DNA of 64,000 nt from Macrostomum lignano (GCA_002269645.1 NIVC01000859.1:1-64000), one strand, 5' to 3'; numbered from the stretch's first letter, positions 46,088 to 59,345 are shown. The notes: generated by a model from the sequence alone, not told the origin. Numbers and translations: made by a program.

Positions 46088-46995
46088 ATGGAAGCCATAG
46101 CTGAAAGACTAAATAATATTATTTCGCACTCCAAGGAGAGCATTCCTATTACAATAACTGGGCGAATTAATGACTCAAACGGGATATTTATTCAAAAATT
46201 AGAGCAGGCGATTCGCCTGGATCCAGGTGCTAATTACCATGTCTATCTTAACGACTTCACTGGTTGGTCAAACGTTCCCAATGTGATGGCAGCAAATAGT
46301 AAGTTTTATTACAAATGGAAAGGTGCAGCAGCAGCACCTGTGGTATTCCCTGTGAGCACGCAAAGTGTGGATACCTACAATTACTTTCTAGAAAACGTTT
46401 TTACTAAAAGAGGCCATTTTGAGACACCTGATGCGAGTAAGCCAGATAAAAAACTGTTCCTTGTTAAACTAGCCTATGATCTCACTGTAATGAGAGTGGT
46501 CATGCAAGTTCACAAAGATGCGGAGGTTGAGTTTAAAGATGACACTTGGTATAGGGAATTAGGATTCGAGAAGAAAGTTTATAAGACAGAATCCACGGCG
46601 CGGACCGCCACTCAAACGTCGGGGGCCGTTAGCATGGCCCGGGAAAGTGTACGCGGTTTGTTCTGAGCACCCAATATAGCAGATTGTAAAGCACATTGTA
46701 AAGCACATTGTAAAGCACAATATAGCACATTGTAAAGGGTTTGAATATTCTAATCAGAACTAATCTCAGTCTTGATTGGGTATTTAAGGGAAAGCGAACT
46801 AATATTTTGTACAACATTTCCAACTCTGTAGCTGGAGGACAGATGCTGGAAGAGAAACCAAATACAGTGAAAACAGTTGTATTGAGTAATAAGGAGATTC
46901 ACGAGATTGTGCTACAGTTTGAGACTAAAGATGGGGTAGGTGTTGATTTCAACGGTGAAGAGTTTGTATTGACGTTGATCATTGAGAGAATGTGA
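46088..46995 (+). pseudogene. Polinton minor capsid (penton), disrupted near 46600-46735 by a short GC-rich insert and a 12-bp tandem expansion
   Basis: LEQAIRLDP..YHVYL..WSNVPNV..ELGFE; C-terminus ILYNISNSV.GGQMLEEKPN..IHEIVLQFETKDGVGVDFNGEEFVLTLII. Confidence 0.75.
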
Positions 46996-47278
46996 GAAAA
47001 AAATTACAATTTCCTAATGATTTCTGCAAAGTTATAGTACGCTGGTAGCTGTCGTAATCTTTTACGTAGGTTACTCCATACTTATGAAACCAGTGTTTTT
47101 GGAGATCTAGATTATTATTAGGGACATTAATATCAATTCCGGGCCAATGCTTTCTTATGTACTCACTGCATTCTAGTTTGCATCGGTACTTACTCTTGTA
47201 GTTAGGCTCGTGCGCTTTGTAATAAGAACCTGGAGAGACGATTGGAAGCACTTTTATTAAGAATTTAATTTTTTTCAA
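46979..47278 (-). CDS. 99-aa ORF convergent on the penton, function unknown
   Basis: ATG-initiated, not a tandem repeat, stop region overlaps the penton end. Confidence 0.3.
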   Translation of the reverse strand: MKKIKFLIKVLPIVSPGSYYKAHEPNYKSKYRCKLECSEYIRKHWPGIDINVPNNNLDLQKHWFHKYGVTYVKDYDSYQRTITLQKSLGNCNFFLTFSQ

Positions 47279-48204
47279 AGGATGAGCCCCCTGCGCTGAG
47301 GATTTAAAGTATTAGGGATCTGGTTTCGCGGATTGAATGTGGGGAGAAGAATGCAGATTATTTTCTGATACTTTCGAAGATGCTATGGGTGGATTTGGAG
47401 CTGTTATGCTCAGAGCATAAACCCTCAGAGCATAACAGTAGGACACCTGTTATGCTCTGATTCTGTCGGGGATAATACGGATGGATTTAATGGGATTATG
47501 GAGGACGTTTTGAGTGCAACCCAGGGGCGGATTTAGGGGGGGGGGGCAGGGGGGCGGCCCCCTCCCAAAATTTTGGTCATGGGTTTATGGCGCCCCCCCC
47601 ACTGACGCCCACACCGCCCACATTAAAGGATTCAACCAGGTCCCCAAAGCCTGACATCTCCTGCGCGACCCCCTTTCCGTCATTGGCCCAACCCATATAA
47701 AGATCTTCAGCGCCCGCTCCTCCCTCCCAACCAAGACTAGACAGAAGACAGCAGAGGGTAATAAAATTGTTCTTGCAGGAAATCTAACACTCGTATCTAT
47801 ATGTACGGCCAGAGGACCCAAAGTCTGAGTGCTGAATCACTGCCACACTCCTAGCTCACAAGTTCTTAACGTACATGCACCCCGCCCCAGTCAGCTAGCA
47901 TATAGCACTAATGTACTGTCACCCGCCAGGATCCAGACAATGATTAAACTGAATATAAGAGGACAACACTGGAGTCTCGGATCATTAAGACAGACACCGG
48001 TAGAGAAAAATAAACGTGCCTACAGCTTCAAAAGCAACTGACAGTCACGGTCTTTATATTACTGTATATTTAAGCCGCTTCAGGCCTTCAGTAAATGAAG
48101 CGAAAAAGCTCAGGCGCAAAAAATCAAGCGCGTCAAGCTGCTTGAAGGGAGCGCTGCACATGCACAATGCGACAGCATTTCAAAATTTTTAATAACAACT
48201 GCAA

Positions 48205-48780
48205 AAGTAACGGAGACCTCTGCTGCGACCGCTGGCGCCCCTGCTGCGACCACTGGCGCCCCTGCTGCGACCACTGGCGCCCCTGCTGCGACTGCTGGCG
48301 CCCCTGCTGCAACCGCTGGCGTCCCTGCTGCGTCTGCTGGCGCCCCTGCTGCGACCACTGGCGCCCCTGCTGCGTCTGCTGGCGCCCCTGCTGCGACCAC
48401 TGGCGCCCCTGCTGCGTCTGCTGGCGCCCCTGATGCGACCACTGGCGCCCCTGCTGCGACTTCTGGCGCCCCTGCTGCAACCGCTGGCGCCCCTGCTGCG
48501 ACTGCTGGCGCCCCTGCTGCGTCTGCTGGCGCCCCTGCTGCAATCGCTGGCGCCCCTGTTCCAGCCGTTGACGCCCCCCTGCTGCGACTGCTGGCGCCCC
48601 TGCTGCGTCTGCTGGCGCCCCTGCTGCAATCGCTGGCGCCCCTGTTCCAGCCGTTGACGCCCCTGCTGCGTCTTCTGGCGCCCCTGCTGCGACTGCTGGC
48701 GCCCCTGCTGCGACCCCTGCTGCGACTGCTGTCGCCCCTGCTGCGACCCCTGCTGCGGCGGCTGGCGCCCCTGCTGCGAC
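48205..48780. repeat. 21-bp GC-rich minisatellite (ctggcgcccctgctgcgacca)n
   Basis: More than 20 degenerate units. Confidence 0.95.
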
Positions 48781-48789
48781 CTATAGATC

Positions 48790-49090
48790 AGTCAATGACA
48801 CGAACTGGACAGATGACCTAGTTGGACAAATGACACTATGCAGATAAAGGAATGACACGAACGACGAACTGGACAGATGACCCTCTGGTTAAACAAATGA
48901 CACTATGCGGATAAGGAATGACAAAATTTAACAGATGACCATCTGGTTTGACAAATGACACTATGCAGATAGGAATGACACAAAATGAACACATGACCCT
49001 CTGGTTGGACTAATGACACTATGCAGATGGAATGACAAACTGAACAGATGACCCTCTAGTTGGACAAATGACTCTATGCAGATAAGGAAT
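48790..49090. repeat. ~53-56-bp tandem repeat, ~5 units
   Basis: aatgacac..actggacagatgacc..ttggacaaatgacactatgcagataagg repeated. Confidence 0.9.
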
Positions 49091-50417
49091 TGTAAAAGGT
49101 TTCAAAGTCGCTAATGAAAATTCACTTTAATCGCGACGCTGATTCACGAATTGTACTAGACCTAATAATTAATACGACTTCACGGCTTGGAAATCAAATT
49201 CCACCGCTAATGACACCAATTGTAATGGGTCTATAATTTAGTACAACTTGCCGGAACTAAATATTGAAAAAACGCTAATGTGGCTACTGACGACAATTAT
49301 TATGTCTAGCACCGATTAGAGACAGGCCCTTTGTCTCAAGTGACCTATAATTCCCTATGGGCCCTATATCTCGCGGGACTCTAGATTTCCGCTGGGCTCT
49401 TTGTCTAGCTGCAGACTATGAATCACTCAGATTTTTACCCGGCGGTGACTCAGCGTCTGGCCCAACTCAGACAGGCTCTTTGTCCGCGAACTCTTAATGG
49501 GCGGAGTGACTTGTTTCTCTATTTTCGGTAACGACAAGGGTTCCAAATAACTTAGAATTTCGGTAGCTAAGAGAATATGGCCTAAGGCTATACTGCTTAT
49601 ATTACACCAGCCGAACAGCGTTATTGTCTTGTAACCGTGACAAACGGAGTGGTCTAAGAGCTGACCTCATCAGTATATTAACTGCGTCTGTGTATTATGC
49701 ATTCACGCCGAAAAGGCAATAAACGCACAGGATACTGGAAACATGAAGAATACGGCAGGTAGACGGCGCACAATACCGTAAGGGAGGATGGAAAAAAAGA
49801 AGGACAACCAGCAAAAAGGACGACAAAAGCAAAAAGAGGTAAAGCAGCAATCAAACAAAGAGAGAAACAAAGAATCCAGAAAAAGCAAAAAGTAGTACAT
49901 TAGAACGGCCCAGAGCCCGTCGCAGACAGGATAGGCAAAAGCAACACAAAAAGTTAAGAAGGCAAAGAAGAAGACAGCAGGAAGAAGGAAAAGAAAAGCA
50001 GACGACAGACACGCGCCACACCCCACCCCCGGCTGCCACCCGGGGAACCAGCACACACCACACGAAGGCACAGCTACAGTCCGTCCGGTTTTCTGGCCGA
50101 AACCGGCAAACCCGTACAAGCACCAAAGGAGACGGGCCAAGTCGGCGAGGCGCGAGGCCACCCGTCATAAGGGCGTAGTGCCAGACCACGACAAGCAGTG
50201 GAGATTGTGATAAATAGATTGACTAAAGTTAACTATAATAACATATAAGTAGCATAGTTAGTAAATTAATTAGTTAGTTAAACTTCCGAAATCAAAGTTA
50301 AGACATAAGTAGCGTATAAAGTAAGTTATCATCAAAGATAAAGTTAACCTAATTGGATAAGTATTTACCAAAGAAATCTATTTGGACCCACACCACCCTC
50401 AAACCTTTGGAAAGATT

Positions 50418-52768
50418 TCAAGAGCTGCCATACCTTCCCGTCCTTCTATGGAAAGCCTCCGCCTCATAAACACCTCCCTCAAGCACCATGATCGACAACA
50501 GTTTCTGTTCGGCTTTAGTGAAACCTAAATTAGTTAAAATTTGCGACGTTCTCTTCTCCATGCATCCTCTCCAGTTCCAGATCAGCCCAGTGCATTTAAA
50601 TCCTGGTTTTTCCAACGACTTAAGATTATAGTAATTAAGGACCCAATCTTTGATGCATGGTTTGTTATAATAGCTACATTTATTATCGGCAGCTCTGTCC
50701 ATACTTCCTGGTCCCACTCCCGCATCTGCAACAATTGAGACGTCCCCAATCCAGGCGGTGTTGCCCACCTTCCAAATCAGGTCTGGTCTACGACCCCTTT
50801 CTTTCGGAGAAATTAGCTGTTCTTTAATAGGTTGATGAGCTCTAGTTTCTAATTTGGCAAAAATATAGTTAACAATCTTATGATGCCGGAAGTTACGTTT
50901 ATCGAATGTACGATTGCAGCTTTGTAAGATGTGCCCCAATCCTTCAGCTCTACGACAGCCCGCATCGCAATTCGGAGCTTTGCCCCTACCTCTGGATGCA
51001 CGGGCCTGGTAGGCCAAAGATTAGATCTTATTTTGAGGCACTTAATGAACATTTCTGATGAGACAATGCTGGTGCCGTCGGAGACCCAGTCATGAACGAA
51101 AGGGACCTCGGCGGCTTCAGCAAGGCCTCTGCCATCTATCGTGTTGTTGAGCTTTTCTTTCCAATGGAGATTAATTTCATTCATACTATCATAAACTGTT
51201 AAAGATTTGTCAAGTTTAAATTTGTTGGCGAATTTAGGTTGATTGGCGATCTTATTAATTAGAGAGTCACTACAGTTAATTAGGCTTTGAAGTTTTCTGT
51301 TCTTTAAGTAAGGAATACATGTAGTAAATGAATTGATACCCAGGCCTCCATCGCGGACCTTTGCATGAATTATAGGCGACGGAGTATCCTTGGGTAACCT
51401 GAGTATATTGATAACCCATTTTCTGACCGTAATGTCTGCTTCTAATAATGTCTTTTTGTGGATTCTACCATTAGTAAGAAGGTAATAAACTTCAGGTATG
51501 ATATTAGTGGAAAGTAGGTACATGCGTTGCTGAGGCCTAAGAGGGGCCTCCTTAAGTTTTGCAAGCATGTCCTTTAAGACCTTTAATCCCGGCTGCACTT
51601 GCCCTTTGGCATTGATCTTAATTCCCAAATATTTATAGCTATTTTGAAGGCCTATATTAGGTAGTTCTTGGTTGTAAATTTTAAATCTAATGCTTTGGTT
51701 ATTAAGCCACCTCTTATTCTTTCCATCCCAAACAATCGCGATGGTAGCGCTCTTCTTGATATTGACTTCTAGGCCAGTTGGAGCAAGGGCCTCTTCAAAG
51801 GTACTGAGATGTTTAGTAAGTCCGGCTTCGCTCGATGCGCAGATAGCCATATCGTCCGCAAATGCTGCAGAGTTGACTCTCTCCTGAGCAATTGGGAAGG
51901 CTAGGTGCGGGTCGAGCGAGCCCAGGACCTCATCAATTACAAAATTAAAAAGGATAGGTGACAGAGGGTCACCTTGCTTGACCCCCCTCCCAAGATTAGT
52001 AGTATTCCCAAAGATTTCAGTAGTATTGTTGGTGTATAGGTTGTCTAAGTAGTTAATTAACAGATCCGGTATACCTACTCTCCTGGCTGCCCTAATTAAA
52101 GTGGGGTGGTTGACCGAATCAAAAGCTTTTTTAAGGTCTAGGAAGGCCAGGAACAGGGGTGAGTTCCCTGCTCTGGCCTCCGCTAGAAGGTTTTCAATTA
52201 GGAAGTGATTCGCGCCAACCCCATCTAACCCTAGTTTAAATCCCCACTGAACACTACTGATATTATTCTCTGCTGCCAACCTTCTAGCTAAGATCTTATG
52301 ATACGTTCTACATGTAATATTTCCGATAGATAATGGTCTAAATTCAGCCGGAAACTCAGGCTTGTCTACCTTAGGGATTAGGATAGTTCTTGAATGCTTG
52401 AAAGAGGCTGGTGTATTGCCACTAGCTAAAATACCATTTAATAGATACGTAAGGACTTTTCTATCTGCTTGTTTAATTGCATCGACTCCTAGACCATCCG
52501 GTCCTGCAGCTGTTTTCCCGAAGTCTTTAATTGCCCAATGTACCTCTTCCTCTTTGATTGGATCAATAATACTAGTTTTAGGTTCGCAGATCGGTTTAAC
52601 TGGTCTCTCATCTGTACCCGAAGGATTAGAAATTAAGTCGCACCAATATCCAACCACGCGTTGCTGGTTTGCCAAAAATTGAACGTGCAGGCAACCTTGG
52701 CAAGATTTTTCTCCTTTTGGTGGCAGGCAAACCATGACTGGCCACCAGCTTTCTTTGCAGCAATGCAA
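50418..52768 (-). mobile_element. 5'-truncated R2-like non-LTR retrotransposon: RT plus restriction-like endonuclease, one frameshift near 51010
   Basis: AAGPDG, RTILIPK..FRPLSI, QWGFK, FLDLKKAFDSVNH, RGVKQGDPLSPILFN, AFADD, YKYLG; CDAGCRRAEGLGHILQSC..RH; RRPDLIW..IGDVSIV. Confidence 0.95.
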
Positions 52769-53307
52769 AAAAATTATACGAGCATATACAGTAAAATTAA
52801 TTAGTTAAAAATAGAGCTACATGGCCTAAATGTTTTGTGCTGAATAAATAATTACTCTATTATTGCAACAGAAGAAATATTCTTATTGCAGTTCTTAAAA
52901 CGAAATATTGCGGTTGCCGTTCGGCCAATATGCACAAACTAAGTCGCCCTGCTCGTGCTTTCCGGCCGGATTGTTGCCGCCACCGCCAGAGACTGCGGCG
53001 TCGTTAAGCGGACGGCGCGCTTTGTTTGAGCCGATGTCTCGCACCTGTGGCAACCTAATTTGGGCGGAAGGTTTTGACAACTTTTATGTTTTCTTTCTAC
53101 GATCAATATAATAATTTCGTAATTTTCGTAATTTTTCAATTCTAATTACCTTGCCAGTCGACGCTTCAATTGCCTTCATGAGCACGTCGCTGCCCGCCCT
53201 TCGGTAACGGTCTGTATGCACTTAATATGCATCACGTGCTACTTTAGGAGTATGCTACAGACGGTCAGCCACCAACTGTTTATCAGCGCCAGCCAAGAGC
53301 TCAAAGA

Positions 53308-54290
53308 ATGAAGAATGACTTCAAAGAAGAGTCAAAGAATGACTTCCTGTGGGACAGTCAACACGATAAGGCGTTTGACGTGATGCGACAGGAACTGAGC
53401 AATATTCCAACGATGGCGTACTACGACCAGAAGAGACAAACCGCGCATCACACAGACGCATCCCGTTTGAATGGTCTAGGGTTCGTGCTGAAGCAGAAAC
53501 AGGACGATGATTCCTGGAAGGTGGTCCAAGCGGGCTCAAGATTTATTTCGGAGACGGAAAGGCGATACGCAATGATCGAGTTGAAACTACTCGCAGTCGT
53601 CTGGGCCGCAAAGAGATGCCGCCTGTTTTTGGAAGGGCTGCACCAGTTCGACATCGTTATCGATCACAAGCCGCTGGAGCCAATCCTAAATAATTATACA
53701 CTCGACCAGATCGAGAATTCGAGATTACAGAAACTACGCCAGAAGCTTGACTGCTTCCATTACACGGCTCGGTGGGTTAAAGGCAGTGACCACAAAGAGG
53801 CAGATGCTCTGTCAAGAGCGCCTGTGGAGCCTGCAACCAAGGACGACGAAATAGCAGAAGAACATGAGACCAATATTGTCATGGCGATCGACGAGATTCG
53901 CACACCAGAGGCGGAACTGATCCGAAGGGCGAGCACTGACGAGGAGTACCAGACGCTGAAGAGAATAATTCAACAAGGCTTTCCGAATGCGAAAGGAAAC
54001 CTGCCGAACTCCGTGCGCCCGTTCTGGAGTGTCCGTGACAAGCTGGCCGTGGAGCGCGACATGATTGTCGTTGGAGCTCGGCTGCTAATCCCCAAAGAAA
54101 TGCGAGCTGAGGTGCTGACCAAGATGCTCAAGATGCATCAAGGGATTGTGAAGATGAAGCAGCGAGCCATAACGGCATTCTACTGGCCAGGTATTGACAA
54201 CGACATTGAAATGGCGTCGCGAAGATGCAAAACATGTCAGGATAACTTACCAATCCAGTCGAAGGAACCTCTGTCAGTTCCTTCAGCGCC
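53308..54290 (+). pseudogene. Ty3/Gypsy pol fragment: RNase H and integrase zinc finger
   Basis: WDSQHDKAF, TDASRLNGLGFVL, SRF..TERRYAMIE, DHKPL, ADALSR, HQGI..AFYWPGI..CKTCQ. Confidence 0.93.
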
Positions 54291-54339
54291 TACGCCAAGC
54301 CATGCAGCAAAGCACACACAGCCGGAGATCTGAACGGAG

Positions 54340-55030
54340 ACCCAGGCTAAGGACGAAGAGGACGCACTCTCTGCAGCGCTGGGTGCAGCCCGGATCAGCG
54401 ACGGATCTGACGAGGAGACTGCCGCGGGGCCCCCGTCCCAGTCGGATGGCGACCGGAGAAGGCGGCTTCAGCACGAGGTGGAAGAGCTGGAATGTCGGGT
54501 CCTCGAGAACCGCAAGGCTCAGCTGCAGCGACAGCTAGGTGGGCTCGAGGCATCGGGATCATCGCTGTCTCAGCCAGGTGAGCGCCAGTCTGCGACTGAT
54601 GTTTTGCGTGAATGTGCTGAAACGCTAGGCCAATCGGTAGGGACTGGGCAGACGAGTGCCGGTTGCAGTGCTATCCCGACAGGATCAGGCCGGCTGTACC
54701 TTGTGCGGGATTTCGCTAAACCAAAGAGTAAGACTGCCTCTGGGAATGGAAGCAACATGGTGGCCGTTATGGAAGGTGGTCAATTGGTTTTCAAGCCTCA
54801 GCAAATCTCGCTAGGGAAAGTTTCTGTTGGCCAGTGGATTGCCGCTAACGCTGAGATCATGTCCAGGCTGATTGCTGATGGTAGCCTGCTTAGCACTAAT
54901 GGTGATGGAAGCCTCAACACCGAAGGCCTGCTTGGATATCTGCAGTAAACTAAGAAGGTGGGAGAGCTTCTTGATGCCGGCTACGAGACTAGCGCTGTCT
55001 GGGATTTGGGATTACCGCAAGCTCATGCAT
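54340..55030 (+). pseudogene. DIRS/Ngaro-type gag-like ORF1 remnant
   Basis: LYLVRDF..GQLVFKP..KVSVGQWIAANAEIMSRL..LLGYLQ*TKKVGEL..YETSAV resembles ORF1 of tyrosine-recombinase retroelements. Confidence 0.55.
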
Positions 55031-55752
55031 GATTCCACAGGGAGCCAGTGTACTCCCTGTGGAATCAGAGAGAGACAAGAAGAGACAAAAATAAATTAAA
55101 TTATTAGGCCATCACACAGAACAAACAAACACAGAGCAAACAATATTGGCGGGGAGAGAGCCGCAAACCCACACCAAGCCTAGAAAACTTTGAGCTGTAA
55201 ACTCGCTCCTCCGCCTGCAAGCTGAGTATTCAGACTTGGTCTATGATGCTTAATGTGCAAGGCTTCCAGCTCTGAGTTTGCCATTAAATCTACATCTATC
55301 CAGAACAGTGAAAAGCTCATGCTCACAACAAGCATTACAACTAAGCAATTGGTCATGCACTGCAGAGTTATTCATTATATGCTCCCTAGCCGTAGTGTAC
55401 AGTTGTCTTTTGGTTTTCCTATGTAGGAAATGCTCTGATCACCAGAGCAACAAAATTGATGGATGACACCAGCCGACAGAGCTCTAGGGGCCTTCGACTT
55501 CAACCTGCTAACAAACTGGCCGATTTTGGCGGTCTGAAACACAACCATGATCCGAGAGTTAAAATGCTTCAAGAAAGTTCTTTTAAGCCTCTTTTTCCAG
55601 ACGCAGGGACAGGACACCAAGGAAGGAGAGTTTTATCAGCACATCACTGGAATTCGACCTCTTAGCTTCGTCAGTCAAACCAGACTCAGTCATTTTCTTA
55701 GTCAGAAATCTGTTCAGCACTTTACCAACAAACCCCTAGGGAAACCATTACG

Positions 55753-56155
55753 TTGAAAAACACCCAGCCTCAGATCCACTCCGCCAACCAGATTGGTCAC
55801 TCTTAGGGCTGTAGCTGCAGGTGGACTCATTTCGATCCTTTACTTCTTCACCAAATCTTCTGCCAACTTCACTGCCCCTGTGCCACGGAAACTGCTCGCT
55901 TCTTAAGTTGATGCAGAACTTTGGCTTAAGCCAACTGTACTCGTAGTGCAGCAATGAATTTCTCACTGCATAGCCAGTATCTGAATCTTCAATCGATGGT
56001 GCTCCCAAATCTTCGAGGTTATAAACCTGTATACCAAGCAGCTCAGTCAATGGAAGGCTGGTCTTGTCCGTTTCATGATGCACAGAGCGTTCAATATCTG
56101 TAGTACCTGGCAATCTTTCCACCAAGAAGTGGTCAAGCTCACTGACATTTTTCAA
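55753..56155 (-). pseudogene. Inverted fragment: 3' part of the DEDD-like nuclease plus the 5' tip of TBP (copy 2)
   Basis: LTELLGIQVYNLEDLGAP..YSWLKPKFCINLRSE, and ATG at 55830 giving MSPPAATALRVTNLVGGVDLRL; homologous to 1975-2260. Confidence 0.9.
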
Positions 56156-56159
56156 GAGA

Positions 56160-56670
56160 CAGGGGTGCCCAGCTGCCTCTACGGGAACTGGCTCTCAGTA
56201 TGGCTCATGTGATCTACCGCCCCGTCTGGCCCTGGGTGCTCATCAAGCGGATGCGAAGTCCCAGAGTGACTCTGCTACTCTACCCTACTGGGCAACTGAG
56301 CATCTGCGGTGCCAAGACCCACGCAGACGCCAAAAGGGCTGCCCGTCGCTCCGTGGCTATGCTGCATCGGAGAGTGCCGGCTCAACTGCTGCCTCATCAA
56401 ACTGTTTGTGTTCGAATTAAAACTAATACTGCTCATTGACGGTTTAAGCTCCAAAATGCGCGACCGCTTACTGAACTTGTTAAAGTATTGCCCAAAGCCC
56501 AGTATGAGCCATAAACATTTTCAGCTTTAGTTTGTCAACTTAGGTATTGTAAATGCTTGCTTCTCCATAATGCCTCTTATATTCTTAGTGGGGCGAAATC
56601 TCTGCGTATGCTAAAATCCGACAGTACTTCTCTGTTTCGCTCTGTTAACACACTTATGCAACTAAAATAA
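56160..56670 (+). pseudogene. TBP-like gene, copy 2, two in-frame stops (56437, 56512)
   Basis: RGAQLPLRELALSMAHVIYRPVWP..LLLYPTGQLSICGAK..AH*RFKL..AQYEP*TFSALVCQL..LLLHNASYILSGAK..LK*, all in one frame. Confidence 0.9.
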
Positions 56671-58954
56671 AGCACAAGAATTATCCGCCTTTAATCAGAC
56701 TCTGAAAACTCGCTTGAGTCCTGCTCTGCCATTTTGCCTGTTATTTGGTTTCCTTAGCTGCAAGTTGAGTGGTCAAATACATCTCTAATGCAAAGTATGG
56801 ATACAAATTAAACTTTTAAGCTATTTTATTCATGTGAGAAACCAATATTGAAATTGATTAAATAGAAACGAAATTCCAACTTATCCAGTCACAATGAAGT
56901 AAAAAATCGAAGGCATTGCGAAATTCTAGCAGTATATTTTTACTTCAAATTTCTGCATCAAAGTACAGGGAACTGAATTCGTTAACTAAAGAATTGCACA
57001 CTAAGCACACTCCGAAACGTCAAGTGTTAGCAGCTAGCGCATGTTGATCCCACAATTTCTTAGACTTACAATGCTAACAGAGTAAGCTTTCGAATGTCAA
57101 AATATTTGTTTTTTAAAAATGAAAAATTGAAAAGCTCACAATGGAACTAATGTAACAGTGTTTATACCAAAATAAATGGCATATCCAGCACCAGAAATTG
57201 GTGGTAGGACAAGTTGTAGCCGGCTGCTAAGATTGCTTACAGGAACCGACTCTAGGGCAGCAATTGGGTTTGTAGCGTACTTTAATACTTTCTCGGAATT
57301 TCGTCAGATTTCTAAAAGTCAATACATTATTATTTTTTCTAGAAACTTCTTCGAGTTAGCAGCTTATTCAAGGTACGCATTATAAATAATAAATAATTAA
57401 TTACAACCTAACTTTTTATATTCTACTTGTATTTGCGTAACGTATATAATTAAGTGTTTAATCGCTTTGTTAAGATGTGTTCAATCTTTCTAGAAATTTT
57501 TGGAAAGCTTTATAAGTCTATAAATATACGGCGACGGCAGTGACATCAATCACGCCACCTTATTTTTCTCTCTTCGAATCCCCGATCTAATTTGCGTCGA
57601 TAAACAACCAAAAGAACCACCGCCTTGCTCTCATTCAATAACCAACAAAGCCGTCAACAGGTTCATTGTCCCAAAACTGGGGGCAGCATCGGCTTGTCCT
57701 TGGATCAGAAATTCCAGGAGGGACTCAGCCATCTCGTTTTCAGGTTGCTGTTGCTGCTGCTGCTCGCTGATGCTCTTTGCTTTGCTACCTGCCTCTCACA
57801 GTGCAGCAGAGTTGCATAAGCGTTTCGCCACCCAGCCAATCACACCTACCCCACGCCCCTTATTTCCATTGGCTATCTCAGCTGGCTCTTTTACGCCCTC
57901 CTATTCTTTTACATTACCGCCTATCTCCGCCGTGCAGGTGCGGCAGAGTTGCATATACTCATACTACCCCCTTTACGATTGGCGATCTTAGTCTGGCTGT
58001 ACATTTATATGCTCTTTGTAAAACATTACGGTTGTAAAAATGTTTGTGGGAACTAAAATTTAATTCAGTGCTGCTACACCAAAAGTGTTCGCAGACTTTA
58101 TGAGTTGTTTTTGTTTTCACCCTCCTGAAAACCGGGTTCTGTTGTCTGTACCCAGCCCTAAAATTCCCCAAACTTTCTCAGACATCTTGTATCAATAATA
58201 TTCCACAGGGGGTGCTGCTTAGTGCTTGCCTTCCACCTAACCGACCAACCCCACGCTAGGCGCGCTGGGCCTCTCCAAGTTTTCCAGTTCAACCAACCCC
58301 ACACTCTGACTTGCACTCCTACCCCCAATTGCCCCGTACGCTCGCTCTCCTATCTCCACACTGTTCGGCAGGGTTGCTGCTCTCACTTTTCTGCTCTGTA
58401 TCGGCTGGTTCACTTTCGAGCTGCTTCGATGAGTCAGTCTCAGAGTAGTGGACCTCCGACTCGGAGTAGTTATGCGCCGCCGGCTTTAAGTCTTCCAACT
58501 CACTCCAGTCTCCAGCCTCTGCTTCATCAGTTTCACTCCAATCCTCTAATTCTGATTCACTCCAGTCTCTAGAGCTGCCCCTACTATTGGAACCGCTATA
58601 GCTAGATTGAAGCTGCAATGTTTGAGTATTTTTAACAGCAATAGAAGTTTATATTTGGAAAAAATGTTGCTAACATAATTTGAAGTTTTTTTTATATAAA
58701 ACAATCAGAGGAATTTTTATCCAAAGATAAAAATGATTACAGTCTTTCATTTCACTTTCTAATTCAACAGTTCTTATTCAATATAACAAAAGTGATTTTG
58801 TCTTTTATATAGCTGGATGAACCATAAGCATCAAATGACACAATAAGCTGTTAAAAGCAATTTGAGGAAGTTATTAGGGGAAATGGTGAAATCAGGAAGC
58901 CAGCTGAACAATTTCAAAGGGACAAATTTAATTGAATTTCCTTCAAAATACTTG

Positions 58955-59345
58955 TTGGCCTCTGTGAGGTGATGGGGCACCCATACCGATGTGACACAAC
59001 GCAGCTCCAGGTCTTCTCTCAAAATTCGATGCACCGTTGACTTGTCAACCTCCAGCCAGTCAGCAAGGGTCCGTACTGACACTTTTGGATCGTCTTCAAT
59101 CAGAACACGCACATCGCTGATCAGCTCTGGTGTTCGAGTTGATCGAGGTCTCCCGGCACCGCTGGCACTCGGGCAGTCGCCTGCTCCTTTAGTGGGGCTG
59201 GTCTTGGCATCAGCGGTGGCTGCCTTGAAATAATTAAATACAGTTGCACGGCATGGAGCTCCACTGCCATACGCGGAAGACAACTCTTCAAAGCACTGTT
59301 GAGCACTGATTCCAAGCTGCTGCTGCGTCCATGCGTAAAATCTAA
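58955..59345 (-). pseudogene. Mariner transposase N-terminal (HTH) fragment
   Basis: YGSGAPCRATVFNYF..GRP..VSVRTLA..VDKSTVHRILREDL..WVPHHLT. Confidence 0.85.

Larger units (their letters stand above)
45446..47521. repeat. ~230-bp inverted repeats (45446-45682 and 47293-47521) flanking capsid gene fragments
   Basis: aaaacgtcctccataatcccattaaatcc..aatcctcagcgc is the reverse complement of gcgctgaggattt..ggattatggaggacgtttt. Confidence 0.9.

Noticed and set aside
47600-47850. Solo LTR (CCAAT-type motif, TATAAA, AATAAA in order)
   Set aside because: No clear TG..CA termini or TSD; too weak to call.
49640-49690. Hammerhead ribozyme core (minus-strand CTGATGA-ggtc..gacc) or a U2 snRNA fragment
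   Set aside because: The required GAAA after stem II is absent (actcc), and the U2 similarity is only a few bases.
58222-58618. Acidic DWSE-repeat protein
   Set aside because: Short degenerate repeat with a non-ATG start and no supporting context.
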